Source: Octopus sinensis
Taxonomy: Eukaryota
DNA length: 64,000 nt
Direction of reading: 5' to 3'
Assembly (NCBI RefSeq): GCF_006345805.1
Contig: NC_043003.1
Span: 8,184,001 to 8,248,000 of the forward strand
Positions 26,701 through 41,103 of this stretch are shown piece by piece (position 1 is the first letter of the stretch; every line of letters begins with the position of its first letter). Under the pieces are notes generated by a model. The model worked only from the letters and a program-made list of their open reading frames with translations. It was not told where the DNA came from and searched no databases. The translations under genes and the position numbers were made by a program.

Positions 26701-27025
26701 AAATGCTATTTATTCAGGAGTCTATTATTTAAAGTCTACATTTTTGAAACTATGAAGTACGATATAACAAAGTTTTGGCTGCTATTTTTAGCAGTTAGAA
26801 TGACCATGTAGAAGTTAACATCACTGACTCGATTTGTTCTATTAACAACATAATTTACAGAAAGAACAACATAATTTACAGAACATAATTTACATTAAAT
26901 GTATGAAAGATCAAATAACAGAGAGAAGAAAATTACATCCCTAAGGAAACAAAGAGAAATAAAAAGGTTTGGGATGGAGGTGGGAGAAATGAAGCAAATA
27001 CTAAAGAGACAATCTTTGAATCATC

Positions 27026-27515
27026 TACGATGTCTGATCAATGAATATTCAGACTGTTGCCTTAGTAACGAAGCTAAAACACGCAAATAAAGCCGCTAGG
27101 TACACATTAACCTGGAAGTCTGTTGTGAATGCGCACTAAATTTTGCAGTTCTAACTCACTTCTACTGTTTACAGTAGTGCTTGGAAGGAAGGTGTGTAGC
27201 GTGTGAGAAAGTTGCCATGACGACATCTCATCAGAAGGCTACGCAAAGTTGCAGAAAGTGCATGGAGAAGAGTGTTTGAGCCGCACACAAGTGTACGAGC
27301 GATTCAGATGTTTTCAAGATGGCCGATATTGACGAACGTTCTGCGAGACCCGCAAACTGCAGAACTATGAAAAACATCGCAGATGTGCGAGCAGCTGTGA
27401 GGGGAAATCGTCGAAGCACCATCCGTGAGTTATTAGAGGATGTACAGATTAGTTACGGTTCAGTTCAGTCCATTATCACTGAAGATTTGGGTATGAGACG
27501 GGTGTGCCAAAACTG
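27026..27515 (+). mobile_element. Mariner transposon 5' remnant
   Basis: TACGA-starting TIR-like end; frameshifted N-terminal HTH EGYAKLQKVHGEECLSRTQVYE...RPANCRT...NRRSTIREL...EDLGMRRV. Confidence 0.82.
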
Positions 27516-27571
27516 CTTTCAGCCGACCAAATGGACACTCGGGTTTCAGTTGCACGAGATCTCCTTGACTT

Positions 27572-27787
27572 TCTCTTTTTCTCTCTCTTTTACTTGTTTC
27601 AGTCATTTGACTGCGGCCATGCTGGAGCACCGCCTTTAGTCGAGCAAATCGACCCCGGACTTATTCTTTGTAAGCCCAGTCCTTATTCTATCGGTCTCTT
27701 TTGCCGAACCGCTAAGTTACGGGTACGTAAACACACCAGCATCGGTTGTCAAGCAATGCTAGGGGGACAAACACAGACACACAAACA

Positions 27788-27829
<42 letters not shown>

Positions 27830-27993
27830 CACGACACGCTTCTTTCAGTTTCCGTCTACCAAATCCAATCACAAGGCATTGGTCGGCCCGGGGCTATAGC
27901 AGAAGACAGTTGCCCAAGATGCCATGCAGTGGGACTGAACCCGGAACCATGTTGTTGGTTAGCAAGCTACTTACCACACAGCCACTCCTGCGC
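27572..27993 (-). mobile_element. SINE family A
   Basis: Full length; adjoins the truncated mariner. Confidence 0.9.
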
Positions 27994-28584
27994 TGTGTTG
28001 ATAAAGATGAAAACTTTGTGAAAGCTTTGCATAAGGCTCTGAGCAGGTGTCACCAAGTGTTTGGCAAAATCATACGGTACACACCTTCGTTCATACGCCA
28101 CAAAAAACATCATGCGCTACAAAAAAGTGATACTCTGCTTGCTTTAGCTTCGTTACTATGGCAACATTCCTGATAATTATTGATTAGACCACGTATAAAA
28201 AGATAATTAGCCATCCCTGTGATGATAGTTATATGGAGTGACCTATGCTGTTGTTGAGAGGAAAAAGGAAAAGTAACGTCTTCATTTCAGTTGAAGAATA
28301 TATCGCAGAGTGAGGACGACGTTGAATTTGAAACGTGCTTTGAGTATCCAGAATGAACCTGGGAGTAAATGCAGGGAGTTGTTTGTTGTGCAAAGTCAGT
28401 AAAGAAATATGCAAAAATGCAGGCGTGACTGTGTGGTAAGAAGTTTGTTTCCTAACTACAGAGTTCCCAGTTCAATCTCACTGCATGAAACCTTGGACAA
28501 ATGTCTTCGACTATAGCTAAGTTCTCTTAGCTACTCCTTCTACAATAGCCACAAGATGAATCCATCCTCTTCACCCTGAAAGGG

Positions 28585-28765
28585 TGAAAGGCAATGTCGA
28601 CCTCGGCGGTTTTGAACTCAGAACGTAGCGGCAGACGAAATATCTATTTCTTTACTACCCACAAGGGGCTAAACACAGAGGAGACAAACAAGGACAGACG
28701 GATACTTAATGTATCTACCCCCGAAAGGATGAAAGGCAAAGTCAACCTCGGCGGAATTTGAACGA
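28585..28765 (-). mobile_element. SINE family B fragments
   Basis: Body units with internal deletions; a family A head lies at about 28425-28520. Confidence 0.75.
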
Positions 28766-29067
28766 TTCTCCTAGTTCGCCATTTTACAGAAGATAATATA
28801 TTTTTAAAGGAGAGTTAGATAGGAAGGTGTGAAATAATAAAGTTGTCACGGGTATTTAAATATTCGTTGTATTGTTGTATCAAGCAAGCGAGTGTATGGC
28901 TAGAAAATGCATTAAATTCACAGTTCTGTATTTAGTGACTAGGTGCCATATAAATTCGTTAATTATTTTTTAAACAGTCTTCTTTTTTGTTAAGCCTTTC
29001 CAAAGCTATTTGAATTAACAAGAAAAATATCTTTATAGTTATGTTTTTGGCATTATTATTATTATTA

Positions 29068-29121
<54 letters not shown>

Positions 29122-29130
29122 CATCATCAT

Positions 29131-29710
29131 CATTGCCTTTGCAGAGTTTCTATCGCTGGAGATGTATTACGGTGTCAGATGTTCACAATCAGTGAACTAA
29201 GATAACACCTCTTATTTTTCGAGCACCATCCGGAGTATTTGAGCGGTTCCAAGCAGTGCTGTTTTCTGCAAGTGCTCCACCCTTATTGCAATCCCTATTT
29301 TTTCCACGTACTTCTCAAGATTTTTGCTCACTGTTCCCAGGGCTCCGACAATTATTGGTACTACCACTACCTTTTTCATCGATCACAACTGCTTAACTTC
29401 CCAAGCTAACCTGTCACATCTCTCGACTTTTCTTTCTTCCTTATCGCACACCTTGTTGTCAGCTGGGCATGATATATCTACGATCCAGCATAGTTTGTTT
29501 TCTTTCACAATTAACACTATGTCCGGCTTCCTATTCTCCATGTCATGGGCGCACTAAATCATAAAATCCCATAGGATCTTTGCATTTCCATTTTCCACCA
29601 TGCCTTCAGGTTTGTGGCCGTACCAATTTTTGCTTTCTCAAGTCCGTACTTGTTGCAAAGTGTCCAATGTACAAGCCTGGCTATATTGTCGTGGAGACAT
29701 ATATCCCTTC
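29131..29710 (-). mobile_element. Second R4/Dong-type family, RLE-domain fragment
   Basis: RHDNIARLVHWTLCNKYGL...ILWDF...RKPDIVLI...DISCP...PIIVGALG; 3' end runs into (TAA)n. Confidence 0.85.
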
Positions 29711-29753
29711 TGGGCTAGTGGGGTACATTGGCTTATTATTATTATTATTATTC

Positions 29754-29925
29754 TATGTTTGACTTTTGCTTTACATTTGTACAAGCTAGCTCCAAGTCTC
29801 ACCCGGTGACCTCAAGAGACAACAAGTTGGAAGTTCATGTTGGTGTTATGCCTAGGGTGCCATATATTTGGTTTTGTACTTAGTGTTGTACTAGTGAATG
29901 CCTAAAAAAACCATTCGAAAACTAT
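29754..29925 (-). mobile_element. 3' UTR of the 11866-12826 Dong-type family
   Basis: Reverse complement of about 12650-12826; (TAA)n on both sides. Confidence 0.8.
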
Positions 29926-29926
29926 G

Positions 29927-29992
<66 letters not shown>

Positions 29993-30945
29993 TTCTGTAA
30001 TTTAGTTCATTCTGCACAACTTTTGCTTATCGGTTTTGTAATTTTATCTCTTTTCAGGCAGAGAACGGTAGGGTGCAAAGTAGAAAAACAAGAAAGAAAA
30101 ATAAACGAACGAATTTATCTGACAACGCAATATTTTCTGGCTAAAACTGCAATGCTCACGACCTCATACAAAGTCTTAGCACAATGACTTGTTGAACATT
30201 TACCACCTCACAACAACCTGCATTAAGACCTTAAGTGCAAATAATAAATAAGTCATCGATTTTCAATTAAGACGATCCTGTGCACAGGAAATACGGAAGG
30301 AAAGTCCCGATCAGAAAAAAGTGGAGGAAAAAAACCAGGTTTCATGAGTCTTGATAACAAAACGTTAAACGCATTAAACATTCATATCGCTGGTTAAGCA
30401 AACACTCTGGCCTTGTTCGTCATAACGAGGATGCACTACTTCCGTTTCTCGTCGTTTTTTGTATCAGTTGTACTTTAAATCTAATAATCTCTCTTTTCTA
30501 TCTCACAGTTCAACGTTCACCGTTGCTCCACCACTTCTTTCTCTTTCAGAATGTCGTTAATTTGTTCGTTTAGTTTGCTTTCATTTTAATTCGCTTCTAG
30601 TTTTCAATCATTTTCGACTTATATATTTTATAATTATATTTCACATTCATATTTTATTTTCATTTCCGTTACACTCTCGTCCTCTCTATCTCTCACTTCT
30701 CCCTCTCCCATTCTGTATTTCCTTGCTTTTCCCTGTCTTTCTATCCTCATTGTTTTCTCTTGAGCTTCTCTTACCTTCCCATTTCCATTTATTATCCTTT
30801 TTACTCCCTCTATTTCCACTACATCATCCAATTTCTCTCTCTTTATCTTAGCTTCTGTCCTTCACTCTTACGTTCACTTCCCTCACTTCTGCTTCATTTT
30901 ATAAAAAAATATTCATTATCCATTTTACATTATTTTTCTACCATT

Positions 30946-31470
30946 AGGACGGCGAGCTGGCAGAATCGTTAGCACGCCGGGCGAAATGCCGAGCGGTATT
31001 TCGTCTGCCGTTACGTTCTGAGTTCAAATTCCGCCGAGGTCAACTTTGCCTTTCATCCTTTCGGTGTCGATAAATTAAGTACCAGTTACGCACTGGGATC
31101 GATATAATCGACTTAATACCTATGTGTCTCCTTGTTTGTGCCCTCTGTGTTTAGCCCCTTGTGGGTAATAAAGAAATAGAAATATGTATTTCGTCTGCCG
31201 TTACGTTCAGAGTTCAAATTCCGCCGAGGTCAACTTTGCCTTTCATCCTTTCGGGGTCGATTAGATAAGTTACGCACTGGAGTCGATGTAATCGACTTAA
31301 TCCCTTTGTCTGTCCTTGCTCGTCCCTTCTGTGTTTAGCCCCTTGTGGGTGGCAAAGAAATACGTATTTCGTCTGGCGTTACGTTCTGAGTTCAAATTCC
31401 ACCAAGGTCGACTTTACCTTTCATCCTTTCGGGGTCGATAAAATTAAGAACCAGTTACGCACTGGGGTCG
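30946..31470 (+). mobile_element. SINE family B, trimeric
   Basis: Head plus three units; inverted copy abuts at 31489. Confidence 0.88.
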
Positions 31471-31488
31471 ATATACCGATATACCGAA

Positions 31489-31700
31489 ATACCTATTTCT
31501 TTACTACCCACAAGTGGCTAAACACAGAGAAGACAAACAAAGACAGATAAAGGGATTAAGTCGATTATATCGATCCCAGTGCGTAACTCGTACTTATTTA
31601 ATCGACCCCGAGAGGACGAAAGGCAAAGTCGACCTCGGCGGAATTTGAACTCAGAACGTAACGGCAGAGGCAAAACCACTAAGTGTTTCGCCAGCGCGTT
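31489..31700 (-). mobile_element. SINE family B
   Basis: Tail-to-tail with the preceding copy. Confidence 0.85.
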
Positions 31701-31870
31701 AACGTCACGATATACAGAGTGGTACAAAAGAAAGTATACAGTTATGAAAAAAGAAAACACGTCCAATACTCATTTATATTAATCAAAAATATTAAAAGCT
31801 ACGATAAAAGTATTATTAGGATTAATGAAGCTGAAAATTTAATGTTCTAATAATTTTAACGAATTAAGTA

Positions 31871-32437
31871 TTGGGTTGTCCGGAAAGTTCTTGCCGATTT
31901 TTAAAGGAAAGAAAAAGGTCAATAAATACTTGTCATTACATTTTTAATCAACCAAATATGAAACATTTTGTTGCACAATGCGTCTCCATCTTTCCTTTAA
32001 CTTGAAAATACCCTCGTCCCAGAATTGAGATGGTTTCATGGCAAAGAATTCATCAAGGTATCTTTTTACTTCATCCAAGGAATTGAAATTTTTTACCATT
32101 AAGACTATTCTGCAGAGACCTGAATAAGTGGAAATCCAAAGGAGCAATATCTGGTGAATATGGAGGGTGGGGTAACACATCCCAGCCGAGCTGCAGCAAT
32201 TTTTGTCTGGTTCCCAAAGCATCAAGTGTCGAAAATGAACTTTCTTATCTTCCATTTTAAAGGGTTACAGAGTTAACACAGATTATAGGAACATAAACCT
32301 TCTTCCACGAAAAGAAAGCTTAAACTATGATGTAAATGGAGGTGTAGTTAAATCATATTCTATGGACTCAACCATGTTCTAAAATAAGTCGAAATGTAAG
32401 CTACTATAAATCGGCACGATCTTTCCGGACAACCCAA
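31871..32437 (-). mobile_element. Internally deleted mariner (non-autonomous)
   Basis: TIRs TTGGGTTGTCCGGAAAG / CTTTCCGGACAACCCAA, TA TSD, YSPDIAP-type motif and C-terminus. Confidence 0.92.
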
Positions 32438-32460
32438 TAACTAAAACATTGATGTGATAC

Positions 32461-32736
32461 TTACTCTACTCTTTACTCTTTTACTCTTTTAGTTGTTTCA
32501 GTCATTTGACTGCGGCCCTGCTGGAGCACCGCCTTTAGTCGAGCAAGTCGACCCCAGGACTTATTCTTTGTAAGCCCAGTACTTATTCTATCGGTCTATT
32601 TTGCCGAACCGCTAAGTTACGGGGACGTAAACACACCAGCATCGGTTGTCAAGCAATGCTAGGGGGACAAACACAGACACACTAACATACACACACACAC
32701 ACACACACATACATACACACACACACACACACACAT

Positions 32737-32809
<73 letters not shown>

Positions 32810-32972
32810 CAACAGGCTTCTTTCAGTTTCCGTCTACCAAATCCACTCACAAGGCATTGGTCGGCCCGGGGCTATAGTAGAAAACACTTGCGCAAGATGC
32901 CTCGCAGTGGGACTGAACTCGGAACCATGTGGTTGGTTAGCAAGCTACTCACCACACAGCCACTCCTGCGCC
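32461..32972 (-). mobile_element. SINE family A
   Basis: Full length with expanded internal (CA)n(TA)n. Confidence 0.9.
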
Positions 32973-33388
32973 TATATACGTACTTACTGTATACGTACTT
33001 TTTCACACACCGACATACCTTGTGTATTAATAACTGCTTCTATATAATTTATTTCTACTTCAACCCCGCCTCAGTTTCGTATTCACACATTCTAACCCCT
33101 CCTCTTCATGTTCGTATCAGTTTATTTTCCCATTTATCCATTCTTCGCTATTCTCCCCTCATTTGTTAGCCAGATCGTTGTAGTTAAAATTAGCAAACTG
33201 TGACTTACTCCAGCAAATGCCTGCATCGAAGATATAATAATTGAACTGGCAAAGTCTTTATAAATCCATTGGATTAGCAACATGAAAATTAACGAACAAA
33301 AATGAAGGAAGTAATTCTTGAAAGAGACGCGGATGAGTTTCTTAAAACTTATTGTTGACTTTAAATCATTGGTTTCTTTTAGACTTTA

Positions 33389-33604
33389 ACTCTTTTACTT
33401 GCTTCAGTCATTTGACTGCGGCTATGCTGCAGCACCGCCTTTAGTCGAAGAAATCGACTTATTCTTTGTAAGCCTAGTACTCATTCTCTCGGTCCTTTTT
33501 GCCGATCTGCTAAGTTACGGGGACGTAAACACACCAGCATCGATTGTCAAGCGATTTTGGGGACAACAAACACAGACACACAAACACACACATACAAACA
33601 CACA

Positions 33605-33644
<40 letters not shown>

Positions 33645-33865
33645 TGCACACAAACACACGGACACAGACACACATATATATATATATACATATACATATA
33701 TACGACGGGCTTCTTTCAATTTCCGCCTACCGAATCCACTCACAAGAATTTGGTCGGCTCGAGGCTATAGTAAAAGACACTTGCCCAAGGTGCTACGCAG
33801 TGGGACTGAACGCGGAACCATGTGGTCGGTAAGCAAGCTACTTACCACACAGCCACTCCTGCGCC
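33389..33865 (-). mobile_element. SINE family A
   Basis: Full-length copy. Confidence 0.88.
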
Positions 33866-35039
33866 TCTGTAAAATGACACAGTAATTTCTCAATAGGATG
33901 GAAATATCCACTTCTCGTAATCGACCGGTGTCCAAAAGTTTGGGTAAAGTGCATTACCAAACGTCATCAATAAATGATCCACTAAGTGTAGAAAAATTTT
34001 GCTAGCAACTAAGTGACTCTCAATTACAAAGATATCAATATTGGGCAGGTTTCCAGCAGAAATATAATTAAATGGAGGTGATGAACTCATCGCCATGTCT
34101 TCAAAACATTGCCGGAATAATTTGAGGTCGATTGCGTCTCTGAGGAGTGTAGTAGCCTTATTTCTATAATGAAATGAATATGTGAAGTTTTGAAGGTGAT
34201 ATTTTTCTGCATTCGATAGATTTTCTCAACAAACTAATTGTCTTCAACTGTTCTCCGTCGGTTTCGACGATGAGCGCTCCAGTTGATCCCATCAACGGAA
34301 TTGCCTGCTCGTGGAATTAACAGACACTGTGGATCCCAAACCTTTTCCGGATGCCGCCTCCTTGGCACTAAGGCCATAATCATAGGGCCTCCTACTCACC
34401 TACACAAACATAGGCCACTTTCTGAAGCAAATTCAACGCAAGTGCATTTCACAAATAAAACCTAACCTAATAAACCCATTGCTTTGTTGTATACACATCC
34501 ATCACTCCATTTTTGGCCACCTCATTATCGCTTCACTTTTTCTTCAACGCCCCCTCCCATTGGATCTTTCCATCCCTCCTATGGGTCAGTACCGCTCACT
34601 TTGGGAACTGAGAGTTTAAAGTTACAGGGAGCATGAAATAAGACTATGAGCTAGGTCAATGGTATTCTCAAGCCGGCTGTAGATCAGAAGGTCCGAGCTC
34701 TGGGAAGAGGGGTGCTACCGGGAGTAGTTTGAACTGGACACAAAGTGGGGCTTGATCAACTCTGGTTGTGTTACCTGATGTTGAAAGGCCCCAAACACCT
34801 AATAACACCAGGAAACATCACGGATGATGAGTCCAGGTGCGATACCGGATGGTGTATCGAAAATCTCACCTAATATGTGGAAGATGCTTCCGGAAGCATT
34901 CTGTAACTCAGGTCAATGCCTGTGTATGTGTGTGTCTGCGTGTACGCGTGTGTGCTCGCGCGCGCGCGTGAATGTATGTGTGTTTGCGTGTACGTGTGTG
35001 TGTTTACGTGTGAGTGCATATATGTATGTATATATGTAT

Positions 35040-35260
35040 CTACGGCAGAATCGTTAGCACGCCGGGCAAAGTGGTTTGCGGTATTTCGTCTGCCGTTACG
35101 TTGTGAGTTCAAATTCCGCCGAGGCCGACTTTGCCTTTCATCCTCCCGGTGTCGATTAAATAAGTACCAGTTACGCACTGGGGTCGGTGTAATCGACTTA
35201 ATCCGTTTGTCTGTCCTTGTTTGTCCTCTCTGTGTTTAGCCCCTTGTGGCTAGTAAGGAA
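35040..35260 (+). mobile_element. SINE family B
   Basis: Monomer. Confidence 0.85.
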
Positions 35261-35476
35261 ATATATATATAAATGAATGTTTGCGTGGATGTATGTATAG
35301 AGACGTAATGTTTAAGATGCCACACCTCACGGCTAACGCCAAGAACACATTTGTTGGTGTGAAAAATGTTGCCTTCTCTCTCGTAACGAAGTGGCCACAC
35401 ACACCATAGGGGACATGTATGACAATGCAACAAGAAAATCAAACATCATTTACTACCACAAATGCTACTGCTGCTG

Positions 35477-35512
<36 letters not shown>

Positions 35513-36312
35513 TTACTACTACTACAACTAAGTAGTCAGTGTAGCGGAAGTAGGTGACGTTGGTGGTGGTTGATGCTGTAAATTATGTGACGTTGTAGGT
35601 ACGTGAAAGATTGCTAAACCTACTTTCTCACATATCTCATGCTCTTTAAATATTTGAAGAATATTTCCTGACTAAATGGAAATGAATTGAATTAAAATCA
35701 ACCGAAGATTGCTTCATCTAATATTTACTTGTAAGGCAGCTTCGTAAACACATCCTCCCTCCTCATTCCTAGCTGTTAGTTTGTATGAATACAATTTGAC
35801 GAGTATGTATGCTTACTGTTGACCAGTGTGTGTTTTTGTGGTTGTGTGCATGTTTACAAGTAATATGTTTGTGTTAACAAGTGTGTATATATTTGTATTT
35901 GTGTGTATCCATAGACGTAAGAGGAAGTCCAAAGGTGTATGTGCAGTTAAATATTTATTTGCATTTGATTATTCGAATGTGTATGTATAAGTGTGCGAGA
36001 ATGTGTTTATATGTATGTGCGTGTGCGGTTAATTATACGTGTTTATTATGTTGCGACTAAAAGTCTCGGTGAAGTGGCTCTGTCAATCGTATCCACACTC
36101 TCGATTCATGGTGGAAATATTTACATCATCCCAACAGATGTCGACAACTTTGTTAGACAAGTCAATAAACACTCCAAATAATTTCCTTTTCTTAATAATC
36201 CGCGAGTGCAGATAATTCAGTTGATAAGCTATCGGACGACCGGCCAAACTATTATACATCACCGGTTCGTATACATTCACCGCTGAGGCTCGTTTTCTCT
36301 GTCTAGGGTATT

Positions 36313-36720
36313 TACGATGAGATGCTGAACAGTTCCTGGCTTTGGGTAAAGGGAAATACAGAAGGATCAGTTATTTATGGTTCTATTCAACATATTCTCC
36401 CTTCACATTCACATACATATCGTAATCGTCCTTCAGTTTTTTCTAAATCCTGTAAAAGAACTCGGAAGGTTATACCTCCAGTCAGGACTTTCGCGGGACT
36501 CTTAACGCCAGGAAATTTTCAGCATCCCCTCGTACTCAACAGTAACACAGACAAATGCTTTGTTGTCTTGTACGGCTGAGTTCGTGTCAGTAACTCATGG
36601 GATTTATCAAAAGCAATGGGATACCACACCAATTTATCTTCTTCATAATGAATTGTACTAAAAAGGAAGAGTTCAGGCAGGTAATTAAACACATTTACAG
36701 TGCACGAAACCCTCTTCTCC
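36313..36720. mobile_element. Mariner-like remnant
   Basis: First about 160 bp are homologous to the 36764 element. Confidence 0.6.
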
Positions 36721-36763
36721 AACATAATGGGGATTTACATTTGCGCATAAAGTGAAGTATATG

Positions 36764-36984
36764 TACGAGGGAGTGCTGAAAAGTCCCTGGCTTTGGGTAA
36801 AAGAAAATACAGGAGGATCAGTTAATTATGAATTTATTCAACGTTCCCCTCTCAGATTCACAAACTTATTGTAACACTCCTTCAGTTTTTCTAAACACTG
36901 TAAAACAAGTTGGAAGATTGGACCTCCAGCCTGGCAGTTTTACGACACCCTTAAGGCCAAGACTTTTTGAGGGCCTCCCTCGTA
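36764..36984. mobile_element. Mariner-type MITE
   Basis: Imperfect TIRs TACGAGGGAG / CTCCCTCGTA, 221 bp. Confidence 0.7.
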
Positions 36985-36999
36985 TATATTCTTTTCTAT

Positions 37000-37405
37000 T
37001 GTAGGCACAAGACCGGAAATTTTGGGGGGAGGCAGGCAGTGAATTAGATCGACCACAGTACGCAATCAGTACTTGATTTATAGACCCTGAAAGGAGGAAA
37101 GGCAAAGTCAACCTCGGTAGAATTTGAACACAGAACGTAAAGACAGATGAAATACTGCTAAGCATTTTGCCCGGCGTGCTATTGTTTGTTATTTCTTTAT
37201 TGCCCACAATGGGCTAAACATAGGGGGACAAACAAGGACAGACAAAGGGATTAAGTCGATTACATGACCCCAGTGCGTAACTGGTACTCAATTTATCAAC
37301 CTCGAAGGAATGAAAGGCAAAGTCGACCTCGGCAGAATTTGAACACAGACGGTAAAGCCAAACGAAATACCTATTTCTTTACTACCCACAAGGGGCTAAA
37401 CACAT
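37000..37405 (-). mobile_element. SINE family B, composite
   Basis: Short-tail copy plus long-tail unit. Confidence 0.8.
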
Positions 37406-37847
37406 TTATATATATATATGTAAATTAGAAAAAAGCAACTTTTATCAATTCAAAATTAAAAATTAAATTACACCATCTAGAAAATTACATATAATAGAAA
37501 TATTAAATATAAGATAAAAAATATTCCCTCAAATTATATATATATGTGTGTGTGTGTGAGTGTATGTGTGTGTGTGTATAAATTCTTTTATTCTTTTACT
37601 TTTTTACATGTTTCAGTTATTTGACTGCGGCCATCCTGGAACACTACTGTATATATGAAAGGTGAGAGTTATATTTTTATCAAGATATAGGTATCGTTTG
37701 GTATCAATTACCGGTATCGTTTGGTTTTAAGACGATTAAGCATACTTTAAGTAAAAGAGAGAATACATCAAATCTCAATAAATTAAATGAAATTAATGTT
37801 TAATGATATCAATCTGTAAGTTCACATATTCCTACACACACATATAT

Positions 37848-37906
<59 letters not shown>

Positions 37907-38913
37907 CACGTGCAACCACATATGTTCGCACGCGCGTGTATCGCGGTTGTGCTGGTTTGGCAAAGTGATCGACGAGAATCGTTCTTGGCAGTGAAATTAT
38001 AATAAACATATCTTGGGAAATTGATGGTAGTCATTTAAAGCAACACGACAAAAATCTTTTACATTAATCTTTGTTTGATTTTGAAATGAAATGTCACCAG
38101 CAAGATGAAGCACTTGAAATGTTACACGGTATGATAATGTTTAGAAATAAATGAAGATGATTAAGAACAGGTTTCATATGTTCTTAAATACTTAACATAA
38201 TTCTTCAACAATACAGTTTTATATATACACTTGCATATATATATATGTGTCTCCCGATCTATGTATGTATCTGTTTATCTATACACACAACCATTCAAAT
38301 AGACGCTCATGCTTTATCTCTCTCACACGCAAAATATATACACGTGTATAGAATACACTTTTATATATTTATACCACACATAAACAGCTGTATGTTCATT
38401 TATTTCTTGACTTGGTGCAGCTTTTCATTTGGGGACTTTTAAGAGCATCGCCAGTTGTTTCATGTTGTTTAATTTGTCGTCGTTCTGTTTAAGTATAAAT
38501 CTCTAAGGACAGTGCAATGTGAGGCCATGTACCGAGAGTGATAAAAATCAAACATCCAGTTAACGTCATGGTGTTTGGAGAGATCACTATCGATAGCCGA
38601 TGTTATGCTTCCATTCAACTTCTCATGCGGTCTCAGACTCAGTACGGAGGCCTACATGAAGTGCCTGGAGGAAGTTATGCTGTCCTTTAAGATTAATTTT
38701 GATTATATCAATTCCCGCACTTAACTGACTGACTTACAAAAACACAATTCGGGTTTTGGCAGGGCCCCACATCAACTGTTGTCTTTGAGCATCCAATTGC
38801 GCTACGAATAACCACTGTGGAGGATGCAAATAACCACAATGAGAAAATGAACATAGCAAAGAAATGATCTAAATTTATGTCTATCATAACTTCTTCTAAA
38901 ACTGTTCTCTATA

Positions 38914-39344
38914 TCTTTATATATAAAAGTGAGGTCGTGTGCTGTCTGTCTCCTACGATTTAGATTCCTAACTACTCCCACATTTTGCGGTGCAGTTTAA
39001 TCAAAACCGGGTATCTTATAGTCGTCATTCATATCGAGCCATTCTGGGTATTAGCGCGCGTCTACGATGAGTCTACGATTTAAAAAAAAATTTACCATCA
39101 ATGAGTCTACGATTTAAAAAAAAAATTACCATCAATTTTTCCCATTTTTAATGCATTTTTGGCATATAAAAGGGAAGTAACTATCTAAAAATGTATTATT
39201 AAATCTCAGAACGTAAAAAGCTACAGTAACACCTCCCCCTTTGTAGTTAGCAATATTGAGATGGCTATTATACTTTACATCTCTAAAAATGCTTATATAG
39301 TTATTTCCCTTACAAACCCGAGCAACGCCGGGCGATACTGCTAG
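38914..39344 (+). mobile_element. Non-autonomous Helitron
   Basis: A|TC start, subterminal hairpin CCCG-AGCAACGC-CGGG, CTAG|T end, no TSD. Confidence 0.82.
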
Positions 39345-40724
39345 TCGTATATATATATTCTTGTAAAATTAAAATTCTATTTAAAACCATTGTAGAACCT
39401 TTGCATAGCTATTCTTATAAAAAAAAGAAGCTGATTTCATTAGTGTTGTTCTAGAATATTTAGAACGAATGAACAAAAAGCATCTCTTTCGGAAGTGATA
39501 TATTATTCTCCAGATCGCATGTGTCATCAAGGAAATAATGAATTTGACTCACTGAGAACAACCATATCATATTCTGACCCTGATCCGAACCTCAAGACCT
39601 AAGCAAGCATTTACAATAATGATGTATTAATAATATATATTAACTATTCATGCAACTTGATGTTTGTGTACATAATGTCATCGCATATTATTCTCATAAA
39701 CAACGATGAAATCCACCGATATTAATATATTATTTTAGGTCACAGATTAACCTTTAGTTTCTTTTATAATAATGACCAAACCCACCTATAAATTCACGTA
39801 GTTCAATACTATTGAATATTGCAAGTAGCCCCTTGTGGATTTGTGCCAACCCGTAAACAGCGAAGCAGGATGTCTAACAGATAATAGATAACAAAATACC
39901 CGAGATAAAAATGCGTGAACAATAATTGTTGACAAATACCCAGGAGAAATTGCATTAAATGGTTCTCTGAACTTTGTTAGTCTCTAAATATCATTGGTAT
40001 TTCATTTGTATATTAGTATTTAGAGCTAGTTACGATAATAGTGGAATAACAAATAGCAGAGTTGATAATGTGTTAACCGTCGTCTCCATAGGTCAACGAC
40101 ATTTATTAGCTTCCTTGGAGGGAAGAGTGAAGAAAGATACTCATGGGCACCTGCTGCATGTTGGACAAAGAGTTAAGTGAGGGTTGTGGTATGTAATGGA
40201 GTGAACCACGGAATCTTTATTTGTTGTTTAGAATGACACACATCGAGACGAGACTATTATCTTAGTGAATAATTCTGATCAGAGAAGGTAGAAGAGACCA
40301 ACATAAGGCTTAAAATTAATTAAAATTAATGTAATTGCAGTTAAAGTGATATATTTCAGTATGGCGGAATCTCATCGGAGATGAACATTTTCAACTGGTC
40401 CTACCATATTTATATTTATAAAGTTACACAGACACACACATGCATATATGTGTGCGTGTGTGTTTGTTTGTTTGTCCCTAATCGCTTGAAAACCGATGTT
40501 CGTTTGTTTACGTCAAAAAACATAGTAGTTCGGCAAAATAGCCGAATATAACGCGTATGAGACTGAGGTTGATTTATTCAATTAACATCACAGCACTTTG
40601 CTCTAGCATGGCCGCAGTGTAATGTCTGAAGCAATTAATATAGCATAAATCTTCCATTTTAGATCACTCTGCATACAAAATCTAGTTGTATATTTGAATA
40701 GCATCTACCTACTTATTCTCCATA

Positions 40725-41103
40725 AGGCGTGGGAGTGGGTGTGTGGTAAGTAGCTTGCTTATCAACCACATTGTTCCGGGTTCAGTTACACTGCATGGCA
40801 TCTTGGGCAAGTGTCTTCTACTATAGCCTTGTGAGTGGATTTGGTAGAGGGAAACTGAAAGAAGCCCGTCATATATATGTGTATATATGTGTTTGTGTGT
40901 GTGTTTGTCTCTCCAACATCGCTTGATAACCGATGTTGGTGTGTTTACGTCCCGTAACTTAGCGGTTCGGCAAAAGAGACCGATAGAATAAGTACTAGGC
41001 TTACAAGTAATAAGTCCTGGGGGTCGATTTTCTCGACTAAAGGCGGTGCTCCAGCATGGCCGCAGTCAAATGACTGAAACAAGTAAAAGAGTAAAAATGA
41101 GTA
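40725..41103 (+). mobile_element. SINE family A
   Basis: Full length; a decayed 3' half also lies at about 40440-40630. Confidence 0.88.
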
